DNA from: Candidatus Eiseniibacteriota bacterium
Lineage (GTDB): Bacteria; Eisenbacteria; RBG-16-71-46
DNA length: 64,000 nucleotides
Reading direction: 5' to 3'
Assembly (NCBI GenBank): GCA_044223005.1
Contig: JBGAML010000007.1
Span: 32,001 to 96,000 of the forward strand
In this document: in pieces, positions 28,479-38,993 of the stretch
How positions within the stretch are numbered: position 1 is the first letter of the stretch
How the letters are laid out: each line of letters begins with the position of its first letter
Position numbers and translations under genes: made by a program
The notes under the pieces: generated by a model
What the model saw: the letters and a program-made list of their open reading frames with translations, nothing else
The model's database searches: none
Told to the model about the DNA's origin: nothing

Positions 28479-28507
28479 AGTATCGGCCAGCGGCGGCCCG
28501 AACGCAA
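28479..28507 (-). promoter_or_regulatory. Putative sigma70 promoter for the csp leader
   Basis: Minus strand TTGCGT, 17 bp, GATACT. Confidence 0.5.
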
Positions 28508-28685
28508 GCGGATTCGGCAAGCTGCGTCGCAGCCGCGAAAACCGCGGTCCGGAAGGCCCTCGCCACCGCGGCGTGCGGCGGGGGGATCGCCTCGCGTCGC
28601 GCGGCCGCGAAGCGCATCGATTAGAGTGGATGCCGTCGAAACGAGCGCGCGTGGCGCGCGGTGTCCCGTCCCCGGAGGGCCGTTC

Positions 28686-29480
28686 ATGAGCATCGAAGGC
28701 CGCGATTCGCTCCCGCCCGAAGAGCTCGCGCGCCGTCGCGCGGCGCTCTGGGATCGCGTCGTGGCCGGCCAGGCAGCGGTGCTGCCGGCCAGCGCGCCCG
28801 AGTGGCTGTGGAGCGCCGAGCACGGCGCGGCGCGCGAGACGGCGCTCGAAGGCCTGCTGCCCGATCCGCTCGAACGCGCCGTCGCCTGCCTGCGCGTGCT
28901 GGGCGCCGCTCCGCCCGAGTGGCACGTGGGGCTGCCGCTCGACCGGCTCGTGGAGCCCTACCTGCGCACCGCGTTCCCGGCCGAGGTGCTCGCGCGCGCG
29001 ATCGATCGCGTGCGCCACGAGCCGGTCGGGCTCGAGGGCGTCGCGCGCTGGCTCGTGCACGCGCGCGGCGTCGAGAAGATCCCGCCGGCAGTGGCCGCTC
29101 GGCGCCTGCCGGAGGTGGCGCGCTGGGCCCTGGAGCACCCGGTGCCGCGCAACCGCACCGAGACGCTGGAGCTGCTCGCCGACGTCGAGTCGCCGTTCGT
29201 CGTGCCGCTGCTGCACGAGGTGCTCGCGGGTGGGTTCGAGCCGCGCGAGGCCGAACCCGGCGTGCGCGAGCTGTTCCACCTGTTCGGCGAACCGGAGACG
29301 TTCTTCGTGCATGAGGACCTCGTGCGCGGCACGAGCGACCGGGCGTACGCCGCGCTGCTGCTCGCGCGCCGGGGCGAGCGGGGCATCCGCCCGCGCGTGC
29401 GCGACATGATGGACGAGGCGAACACCGCCGACTTCCACGCGCTCGCGCTCGCGCTCGAAGCGCTCGAAGCCGCGGGCTGA
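28686..29480 (+). CDS. Hypothetical protein (alpha-helical)
   Basis: ATG after GGAGG, coding-like codon bias; no recognised motif. Confidence 0.6.
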   Translation: MSIEGRDSLPPEELARRRAALWDRVVAGQAAVLPASAPEWLWSAEHGAARETALEGLLPDPLERAVACLRVLGAAPPEWHVGLPLDRLVEPYLRTAFPAEVLARAIDRVRHEPVGLEGVARWLVHARGVEKIPPAVAARRLPEVARWALEHPVPRNRTETLELLADVESPFVVPLLHEVLAGGFEPREAEPGVRELFHLFGEPETFFVHEDLVRGTSDRAYAALLLARRGERGIRPRVRDMMDEANTADFHALALALEALEAAG

Positions 29481-29536
29481 CCCCTCCGGGGCACGCGCGC
29501 GCGGGGCGTTCGCGCCGCTGATATGATCCCGGCGAC

Positions 29537-30688
29537 ATGGTTCCCGAGCCCCACCCGCTCGCGCCGGTCGCCGCGCCCGCGGCGGATCCGGCCCGCATCG
29601 CCTGGGCGCTGCAGGAGCGCGTCAAGGAACTGACGTGCCTCTATGGCATCGCGCAGGTCCAGTCGCGCGCGGACCGCACGCTCGACGAGGAACTCGCGGC
29701 GATCGTCCTGCTGTTGCCGCCGGCGTGGCAGTACCCGGCCGCGACGTCGGCGCGCATCACTCTCGACGGGCGCGCGTTCGATTCGCCGGGCTTTCGCGGG
29801 GGCGCGGCCTGCCAGGCGGCCGCGATCGCGGTCGCCGGGCACGAGCGGGGCCGCGTCGAGGTCTTCTACGACGGCGAGCACGCGCCGATGGACGAGGGCC
29901 CGTTCCTGCACGAGGAGCGCAGCCTGATCGACGAGATCGCGCGTCAGGTCGGCCTCGGCGTCGAGCGCCGCGAGGGCGAGGTCGAGCGCTCGGCCCTGGC
30001 CGAGCGGCTGCGCCACGCCGACCGCATGTCGACGATCGGCCAGCTCGCCGCGGGCGTCGCGCACGAGCTCAACGAACCGCTCGGGGCGATCCTCGGCTAC
30101 TCCGAGCTGATCCGCGACAGCTTCGGGCTGCCCGACCAGACGGCACGCGACCTCGAGCGCATCATTCGCGCGAGCCTGCGTGGCCGCGAGATCGTGCGCC
30201 AGCTGCTCGTTTTCGCGCGCCAGCACGCCGCGGAGCGCAAGCCGCTGCGGATCGAGCCGGTGCTGCGCGAGGCGCTGTCGCTGGTGGGCGCGCGCATCCG
30301 CCGCTCGCACGTGCAGGTGCACACCGAGATCGCCGCCGACCTGCCGATGGTGACGGGCGATTCGGGCCAGCTGCAGCAGGTGTTCGTCAACCTCTGCGTC
30401 AACGCCGCGCAGGCGATGCCCGCCGGCGGCCAGCTCGCGCTGCGCGCGACGCGCGCGGGGGACGGCGTCGCGGTCGTCGTCGAGGACACCGGCACGGGCA
30501 TGGACGAGGATACGCTGCGGCGGGCGTTCGATCCCTTCTTCACGACCAAGGACGTGGGCCAGGGCACCGGCCTCGGCCTCTCCGTCGTGCACGGCATCGT
30601 GACCGCGCACGGCGGTACCATTCGCGCGAGCAGCCGGCCGGGCCACGGCACGCGCTTCGAGCTGCAACTTCCGGGGGTACCGTCATGA
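29537..30688 (+). CDS. Cytoplasmic sensor histidine kinase (GAF-like N-terminus, NtrB-like core)
   Basis: ERVKELTCLY...PPAWQYP...GPFL.EE; GVAHELNEPL, NLCVNA, DTGTG, FFTTK, GTGLGL. Confidence 0.9.
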   Translation: MVPEPHPLAPVAAPAADPARIAWALQERVKELTCLYGIAQVQSRADRTLDEELAAIVLLLPPAWQYPAATSARITLDGRAFDSPGFRGGAACQAAAIAVAGHERGRVEVFYDGEHAPMDEGPFLHEERSLIDEIARQVGLGVERREGEVERSALAERLRHADRMSTIGQLAAGVAHELNEPLGAILGYSELIRDSFGLPDQTARDLERIIRASLRGREIVRQLLVFARQHAAERKPLRIEPVLREALSLVGARIRRSHVQVHTEIAADLPMVTGDSGQLQQVFVNLCVNAAQAMPAGGQLALRATRAGDGVAVVVEDTGTGMDEDTLRRAFDPFFTTKDVGQGTGLGLSVVHGIVTAHGGTIRASSRPGHGTRFELQLPGVPS

Positions 30689-31914
30689 AGACCGTGGAAC
30701 GCGAGCGCATCCTGCTCGTCGACGACTCGCGCGAGACGCTGGAGTTCGTCGGCCGCATCCTGGCGGGTGCCGGATACGCCGTGACACCCGTGGGCGGCGC
30801 CGTCGCCGCGCTCGAGCGACTGGCCACGCATCGCTACGAACTCGTCGTGACCGACCTCAAGATGCCCGGCGTCTCCGGCATGGAGCTGCTGCGTGAGGTG
30901 CGCGAGCGGCATCCCGAGTGCGAGATCATGATGATCACCGGCTACGCCACGATCGAGGGCGCGGTCGAGGCGGTGAAGAGCGGCGCGCAGGAGTACCTCG
31001 CCAAGCCGTTCACGCAGGACGAGCTCCTCGGCGCCGTGCGGCGCGCGCTCGCGCGCCTGCGGGCCTCGCGCGCCGAGCGGCCGGACGGCCTGCGCTTCGG
31101 CCTCGCGGGCCGCAGCGCGGGGATGCGGCGCGCCTTCGAGGCGCTCGAGCGCGCGGCGACGGGCCGTGGGGCGCTGCTCCTCGTCGGCGAGCCGGGCACC
31201 GGCCGCTCCACCGCGGCGCACGCCGTGGCGCGGGCGCGGGGCGTTTCGCCGGACCGCATCGTCCGCGCCGGGGCGCGCGACGTGCTCGCGCTCGGCCGCG
31301 ATCTTCCGGGTGCCGACGGCGCGCTCTGCCTGCACGAACTCGAGTGGGCCGGGCCGGACGCGCTCGCACGCATCTCCGAGCTGGTCGAAGGTCCGGGGGC
31401 GGTGTTCCTGTGCGCGGGCGAGCGGCTCGAGCGGCTGGTCTCGCTCGGCGTCGTGCGCGGCGACCTGCACGCGAAGCTCGCGCCCACCGCGGCGGCGCTG
31501 CCGCCGCTGCGCGAGCGGGGTGAGGACGTCGAGCAGCTCGCCCGGCTCTTCCTGTCGCGGCTCGAAGGCCGGCTCGGCTCGTCGGCCGCGGGCCTCGAGC
31601 CCGAAGCGCTCGCGGCGCTGCGCGCGTACCCGTGGCCCGGCAACGTGCCCGAGCTGCGCGACGCCGTGCTCGAAGCGGCGCTCGCGGCGCGCGGCGCGGC
31701 GATCGCGCTCGCGCACCTGCCGGGACGCATCGCGCGCGCGCCCGGCGAGCCGCTCGCGCGCACGCTCGCCGACGTGGAGGCGGAGCACATCCGCGCGATG
31801 CTCGGCTACGCCGAGGGCCGCAAGGGGCGCGCCGCCGAGATCCTCGGGATCGACCGCAAGACGCTGCGCGAGAAGCTGCGCGCGATGGGCGAAGACGCGG
31901 GCGAGGACGCGTAG
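30685..31914 (+). CDS. NtrC-like response regulator (REC, degenerate AAA+, Fis HTH)
   Basis: LVDD, TDLKMPG, KPF; GEPGTGRS, PPLRER, WPGNV; AAEILGIDRKTL. Confidence 0.85.
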   Translation: MKTVERERILLVDDSRETLEFVGRILAGAGYAVTPVGGAVAALERLATHRYELVVTDLKMPGVSGMELLREVRERHPECEIMMITGYATIEGAVEAVKSGAQEYLAKPFTQDELLGAVRRALARLRASRAERPDGLRFGLAGRSAGMRRAFEALERAATGRGALLLVGEPGTGRSTAAHAVARARGVSPDRIVRAGARDVLALGRDLPGADGALCLHELEWAGPDALARISELVEGPGAVFLCAGERLERLVSLGVVRGDLHAKLAPTAAALPPLRERGEDVEQLARLFLSRLEGRLGSSAAGLEPEALAALRAYPWPGNVPELRDAVLEAALAARGAAIALAHLPGRIARAPGEPLARTLADVEAEHIRAMLGYAEGRKGRAAEILGIDRKTLREKLRAMGEDAGEDA

Positions 31915-33194
31915 CGCCCGGCGTCACGAACGGACGCGGCGCGCCGCCCGAGGGCGGCGCGGTACGCCTGCTCGCCGTGCAGCGACTCGTCGAGCCCGGT
32001 GACTTCCTCGGCCTCGGGCACGCGGACCGGCGTCACCAGGTTGATGAGCCAGAGCATGAGCAGCGTGAGCGCGAACGCCCACACCGACGAGAAGACCACT
32101 GCCACGCACTGGGCGAAGAAGAACGCCGGGTTGCCCGCCAGCAGCCCGTCGACGCCGCCCGAGGACGCCGGGTTCCACGCCGTGCTCGCGAAGATGCCGA
32201 GCAGGAGGATGCCGATGAAGCCGCCGACGCCGTGCACGCCCCAGACGTCGAGCGCGTCGTCGAGCTTCAGCCTGTTCTTGAGCGAGACAGCGCCGTAGCA
32301 GACGAGCCCGGCGATCACGCCGATCAGCGCGGCGACCATCGGCGAGACGTACCCGGCGGCCGGCGTGATGGTGGCGAGTCCGGCGACGGCGCCGGTCAGC
32401 AGGCCGAGGATCTTGGGCTTGCGCTCGAGCGCCCACGCCAGCAGCAGCCACGCCATGGCCGCGAACGACGCGGCGATGTCGGTGTTGAGGAACGCGATCG
32501 CGGTCACCGAGTCGACGCGGAACTCGCTGCCGGCGTTGAACCCGTACCAGCCGAACCACAGCAGGCCCGTGCCCAGCGCGACGAGCGGGATGCTGTGCGG
32601 GCCGCGGTCGATCACGCGGCGCTTGCCGACGTACAGCACCGACGCGAGCGCGGCCATGCCGGCGATGTTGTGCACCACGATGCCGCCGGCGAAGTCCTTG
32701 ACGCCCCACTGCGCGAGCAGGCCGCCGCCCCAGACCATGTGCACGAACGGGAAGTAGACGAACACGAGCCAGCCGGTGAGGAACAGCATGTACGCCTTGA
32801 ACGTCACGCGGTTCGTGAACGCGCCGGTGATGAGCGCCGGCGTGATGATCGCGAACATCATCTGGTAGGCGCAGAAGACGATCATCGGGATCGTCTCGTT
32901 GGGCGACGGCGCCGTGAGCGTCACGTTGCGCAGGAAGGCCCAGTCGAGGTTGCCGGACAGTCCGAGGAAGTCGGTGTGGTGCTGCATGTCGCCCGAGAAG
33001 CACATCGAGAAACCGAACGCCCACCACAGCACGGTCGTCCAGCCCATCGAGACGAAACTCTGGATCATGATCGCGAGCACGTTCTTGCGGCCGACGAGGC
33101 CGCCATAGAAGAACGCGAGCCCGGGCGTCATCAGCATCACGAGGCTCGAACAGAGCAGCATGAAGCCGGTGTTGCCGGTGTCGATCTGGAGCAT
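31806..33194 (-). CDS. amtB: Ammonium transporter (Amt family)
   Basis: LMTPGLAFFYGG, QMMFAIITPAL, DFAGGIVVH, WFGWYGFNAGS, DDALDVWGVHG. Confidence 0.95.
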   Translation of the reverse strand: MLQIDTGNTGFMLLCSSLVMLMTPGLAFFYGGLVGRKNVLAIMIQSFVSMGWTTVLWWAFGFSMCFSGDMQHHTDFLGLSGNLDWAFLRNVTLTAPSPNETIPMIVFCAYQMMFAIITPALITGAFTNRVTFKAYMLFLTGWLVFVYFPFVHMVWGGGLLAQWGVKDFAGGIVVHNIAGMAALASVLYVGKRRVIDRGPHSIPLVALGTGLLWFGWYGFNAGSEFRVDSVTAIAFLNTDIAASFAAMAWLLLAWALERKPKILGLLTGAVAGLATITPAAGYVSPMVAALIGVIAGLVCYGAVSLKNRLKLDDALDVWGVHGVGGFIGILLLGIFASTAWNPASSGGVDGLLAGNPAFFFAQCVAVVFSSVWAFALTLLMLWLINLVTPVRVPEAEEVTGLDESLHGEQAYRAALGRRAASVRDAGRYASSPASSPIARSFSRSVLRSIPRISAARPLRPSA

Positions 33195-33352
33195 TGCGGT
33201 CCCCTCATCCTGGAGCGGCCCGTCGGGCCGCGGTGGGTCCATGCGACGCCGCCCACTGAGGCGGGCGGTTCATGGGGCATTACGCCCCGGATGATGGGAG
33301 TTTCGTCCCCACGAGGCGAAGGGGAAAACGAAGCGTCTCCGGCGGGAGATGG

Positions 33353-33503
33353 GTCGTGCTCGGGAGATTGCGGGGCGGCGCGGGGGATCGCCTTCGCACG
33401 ACGCGGGATCGGCCGTTCGCGGGCGCCGGGCGGCCGTAACATCCCGATCCCGTTGACCGTCAATGGCTTGCGCTCGAGCCGCCAGCAATCTCCGGAGCAC
33501 AAC
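33353..33503 (+). mobile_element. ~151-bp non-autonomous element with terminal inverted repeats (MITE-like), copy 1
   Basis: Ends GTCGTGCTCGGGAGATTG ... CAATCTCCGGAGCACAAC; homologous to 61004-61155. Confidence 0.6.
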
Positions 33504-33506
33504 GGC

Positions 33507-34733
33507 TCAGAAGTGGATCGTGACGGTCGGCAGGATGTAGCCGCGCGGGCGGTAGCGGAGCCGCTGGTCGATCAGCTGGCCCTCGGTGGCGTAGCCGCGC
33601 TGCCATTCCAACGCGACGACGGCCTCCGGCGCGAGGCGCTGGCCGTCCGGGCCGCCGCGCAGCCGCCTGGGCGTCACGGTGACGCCGGCCATCGCGTGCC
33701 ACGTGCCGGCGTAGTGCCGGAACTCGTGCCCGTAGCGCGCGTCGGTCCAGAGCCGCGGCGTCCACACCTCGCCCGCGCCGGTCGGATCGTCGCCCGCGGC
33801 GAAGTCGAACGGCTTCGCGAGCGCGAGGTCCACCGCGCCGAACCATTCGCCCCCGTACTCGGGCGTGCGCATGAACCAGCCGACCACGCGATCGAGCGGC
33901 GTGTGCCCCACGTCCGCGCGCGCGCCGGAGGAGCGCCATTCGCCGCCCACCTGCCACACCGGCGATGTCATCTGGCTCGGGCGCAGGCCGCCGATCGGCA
34001 GCCACGAGGGCTCCACGATCCGCAGTTCGACGCCGCCGTAGGCGCGCAGCGTCTGGCCGGCGAGCGCGCGGCCGGGCAGCGCGTGCTCGACCGAGACCAC
34101 GTTCCGCAGCGCTTCGTAGGAGAGGTCGAAGCGCTTGACCGGAGGGTGCAGCATCACCGGCGTCGCGCCTTCGGCCCAGCCGCGGTTGCGGCCGAACCAC
34201 GAGTTGGCGAGGTACTCGTCGCCCAGGTGCGAGCTGCGGTGGAACAGCACCGTGCGCGAGGTGACGACCGTGCGCGAGAAGTCGCCGAGGCCCTGCTCGT
34301 CGCTCCAATCGCCGCGCCAGAGCACGTCGAGGCTGCCGCCGAACTGGTAGTCGACGTTCACCTCGGACGCGGTGCCGTCGAACAGCGCGAACACGCTCAC
34401 CGGAATCCCGAGCTGGTAGCGCACCCACGGCCCACGCCAGCCGAGCAGCGAGCGCAGCGCGCGCCAGCGCAGCGTCTCGCCGCCCGCGACGTCCCAGCGC
34501 TTGCCCTCGCGGTCGCGTTCCCAGCCGCCCCGGCTCGTCGAGTCCGTGATGTCGGTGCCGTAGCGCCAGTCCTCGGTGTAGTGCGCCTGGCGCCAGCGCG
34601 ACTGGTTCTCGCGCGGATCCGCGGTGAGCGGGCGGAAGATGCGCGGCGCCGGCCCGGCGAGCGCGGGCGGGACGAGCGCGGTCGCGAGCGCGAGCGCGGC
34701 GAGCGCGCGGCGGACGAACGGTCGCGGGAGCAT
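33507..34733 (-). CDS. DUF1207-like putative outer-membrane protein
   Basis: Signal peptide, FRPLTADPRE, NVDY, FHRSSHLGDEY, C-terminal Phe. Confidence 0.65.
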   Translation of the reverse strand: MLPRPFVRRALAALALATALVPPALAGPAPRIFRPLTADPRENQSRWRQAHYTEDWRYGTDITDSTSRGGWERDREGKRWDVAGGETLRWRALRSLLGWRGPWVRYQLGIPVSVFALFDGTASEVNVDYQFGGSLDVLWRGDWSDEQGLGDFSRTVVTSRTVLFHRSSHLGDEYLANSWFGRNRGWAEGATPVMLHPPVKRFDLSYEALRNVVSVEHALPGRALAGQTLRAYGGVELRIVEPSWLPIGGLRPSQMTSPVWQVGGEWRSSGARADVGHTPLDRVVGWFMRTPEYGGEWFGAVDLALAKPFDFAAGDDPTGAGEVWTPRLWTDARYGHEFRHYAGTWHAMAGVTVTPRRLRGGPDGQRLAPEAVVALEWQRGYATEGQLIDQRLRYRPRGYILPTVTIHF

Positions 34734-34785
34734 CGGCGCAGTCTAGTCGACGCGGCGCGTGTGGGCACGTGCGCCACGAACGCGA

Positions 34786-34822
34786 ACGCGGCGCCCGGTC
34801 GCCCGGGCGCCGCGTCGTTTCG
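34786..34822. terminator. GC hairpin downstream of the transketolase-like gene
   Basis: 13-bp stem ACGCGGCGCCCGG/CCGGGCGCCGCGT. Confidence 0.55.
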
Positions 34823-34837
34823 CGTGAAACTCGTCCG

Positions 34838-37218
34838 CTACGCGGTCTTCACGTAGCGGCGGATCGCTTCGAACTGCGCCTTGCCGTCGAGCCCGGCTTC
34901 GGCGATCACCATCGCGCCCTGGCCGCTGCCGAGGAAGTGGCCGTGGCCGAACGGATGCAGCGAGGCCGCACGGCCGCGCTCGGAGAGGATCCAGCGGTCC
35001 AGCGTCGGGCGCGTGAAGTCGGTGATGCCCATCGCGACCCGGCGTGCGGACTCGGGGAAGATCGCCTCCTGCTTCTCCGCGGGCAGGCGATCGAACAACT
35101 CCACCGACGTGACGCAGTAGACGTCGAGCTGCAGCCCCTCGGCGTCGATCAGCGGCAGCGCCTGCTCGACGAATGCGTACGTCACCGCGCTGCCCTGCAG
35201 CACGATTACGCCCTGCGGCGTGCCCTTCGCCGCGCGCAGCTTGTAGACGCCCTGCGCCGACGCCGACGCCGGCGCGAGGCCGAGCGCGGCGCGGTCGAGC
35301 ACCGTCTCCGGCGGCCGCGTCACGAAGGGCGCGATCACCGCGGGCCGGGCCGCGAGCGCGGCGGTGAAGAGCGGGAACAGCTCCTGCGGATCCCACGGCG
35401 TGAGCGTGATCATGGTGTCGGCCGGGAAGTTCTCCTGCAGCAGCTGCAGCGGCTGCGGATCGGCGTGCGTCGGGCCGTCCTCGCCGGTCTTGAGGCCCGC
35501 ATGCGCGCACACGAGCACCACCGGCCGGTAGGACGAGCCGTCCACCATCTTCCGCGACCACTGGCCGATCGCGTGCAGGCGCGCCGCGATGTGGCCGAGC
35601 GGCGCGAGGAACGCGCCGTACGACGAGCCCGCGCCGACGTGTCCGCCGAACGCGGCGATGCCCGCGAGCTGCGCGACCATCGCATCCTCGCAGATGCCGC
35701 CGATCGACAGCGTGCGCGAGAGCGGGTTGCCGCGCCGGTTCCAGAAACCCGCCGGGAAGCCGTCGACGGCCTTGCTGATGCTCGTCGAGCCCAGCAGGTC
35801 GGCCGCGGCGACGACGAACGCGCCCTGGCTCGCCTGGTTGTACCAGAGCAGCGTCGCGCCGAGTGCGTCACGCAGCGTCGACTTGCTTCCGGCCTTGAGC
35901 TGCAGTTCGGCCGGCGTGTTCGTGCCCGCCTTCGCCGCGGCGTCGTAGGCGCGTTCGAGCTTCGGCGCGTCCGGGCGCACGGTGCGGGCGCGCTTCTCGA
36001 GCCGCTCGCGCGAGGCGCGCAGCTTGCCGGCCAGCGCGTCCATCACCGGCCGCTTGCTCTCGAGCGCCGAGCGCACCGACAGCAGCGCGTTCCAGTAGCA
36101 GGACTCGATCTCGTCGGCCTTGCCGCCGGCCGCGCAGCGCGGCGACGCGGCGTCGCACGTCGGCAGCACGACGAGGCCCTCGCCCGCGATGCGGTTCACC
36201 GCCTCGTGGAACGCGGGTGAGCAGAGCGGGTGGCCGGCGCCGTGCGAGCCGCGGCCCTCGATGCCGTACGTCCAGCCCTTCACCGTGCGGTAGACGATCG
36301 CCGTGGGCTGGCCGTTGTCGAGCGCGAGCGCGGTCTTCTGCGCGACCGCGATCTGGTGCCAGTCGAAGCCGTCCGGCACCTCGATCACGTTCCAGTCGTG
36401 CATCCACGCGAGCTCCATCGGATTCCACTGCACGTAGTCGCCCGGCTGGTCGCCGTCGCGGCAGACGCGGTTGGAGTCGATGGAGGCCTGGTTCCAGTCC
36501 ACGTGCAGGATCGCGTTGCCGAGCGAGCCGGTGCCCGCCGCGGCCATCGCCTCGGCGACGCGGCCGGGCGTGAGCCCGCCCTCGCCCTCGACGACGTGCA
36601 CGCGCGGCGCATCGGCGCCGTAGAGATCGGCGGCGCCCCACGCGAGCCCGAGCGAGGCCGGCAGCCCGACGCCCGAGGCGCCGGTCGAGAGCCGCACGAA
36701 CGGCGTCGACGGCGTCGGATGCCCGTCGAGCGCCTTGGCGGCGAACGCCTTGAACTTCGGCGTCGCGGTGACGGGGTTGCGGCGGAAGCCGAGCAGGTCC
36801 TCGAGCCGCAGCTGCTGTGCGACGTTCTTCGCGAGCAGCTCCGGCGCCGCGATGCGCGCCACCTCGTTGCGCAGCGCCCACAGCGCGTACAGGCCGAGCG
36901 CCTTGTGGCCGGCGGCGTAGGACACGATGTCCGCGTCCTGCCGCTCGGGGCGGGCGAGGTCCACGTCGAGGCCGCCGAACAGCAGCGACTGCACGAACCG
37001 GCCCGACGAGATCGAGCCGCCCGGATGCCCGGAGAGCGGCACGTAGTTGAACATGAGCGTCACGACCGTGCGGTAGATCCGGTCGAACGTCTCGAGGTTC
37101 TCGACCGTGGCCGCGTCGAGCGGCGACCCGTCGCGCGCGAGCAGCTCCTGCGCATTCAGGTAGGTGCCGCGCCGCGCGCCGAAGGCGAGCGCCTTGCCGG
37201 GAGTGGGAAGCGTTCCGG

Positions 37219-37225
<7 letters not shown>
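34838..37225 (-). CDS. Transketolase-like TPP-dependent enzyme (single chain)
   Basis: SGHPGGSIS, YAAGHKA, LDGHP, STGASGVG, GEGG...WNQ.SID, GICED, GEDGPTH. Confidence 0.8.
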
Positions 37226-38556
<1,331 letters not shown>

Positions 38557-38887
38557 GGGATGACTCCCGGGATTTCGGGGTGACGGTGCCGGCCTCGAAC
38601 GAGGCCGGCGGGCGAGGCAAGGCTTCGCCGCGGCGAAGCCGTGATGGTCTTCACCAAGCTCAGCGAATTTGTCGCGCGGGAGAATGCGGGCGCAACGGTC
38701 CGAAAGGCCCGGCATGGCCGAAATGCCGACGATTCTTCGGCGAACCGTGCACTTTGCCGTGGGGCTGTTGCCGGACTGGCGCGCGGCCCGGGCTTTCTCC
38801 GGCAGCGTGTCCCCGGGAGGGCACCTGCGCGGGGCGAGTGCACGCGGGCGTGCGCCGAGGAACCCCGCCGGCCGATCACCACGGACG

Positions 38888-38933
38888 TAACCCGTTGGGA
38901 TTCCGAGACCGCGGCGCAGGGCACGTGGCTTGC
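38888..38933 (+). promoter_or_regulatory. Putative sigma54 (-24/-12) promoter with an upstream IHF-like site
   Basis: GGCAC-GTGGC-TTGC at 38920-38933; CAA-N4-TTA on the minus strand at 38888-38897. Confidence 0.5.
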
Positions 38934-38993
38934 GCCGTGTCACGGGCGTCGGACCCCTTGCTGGTGAGACCTCGAACGACCGGAGCCCCCATC

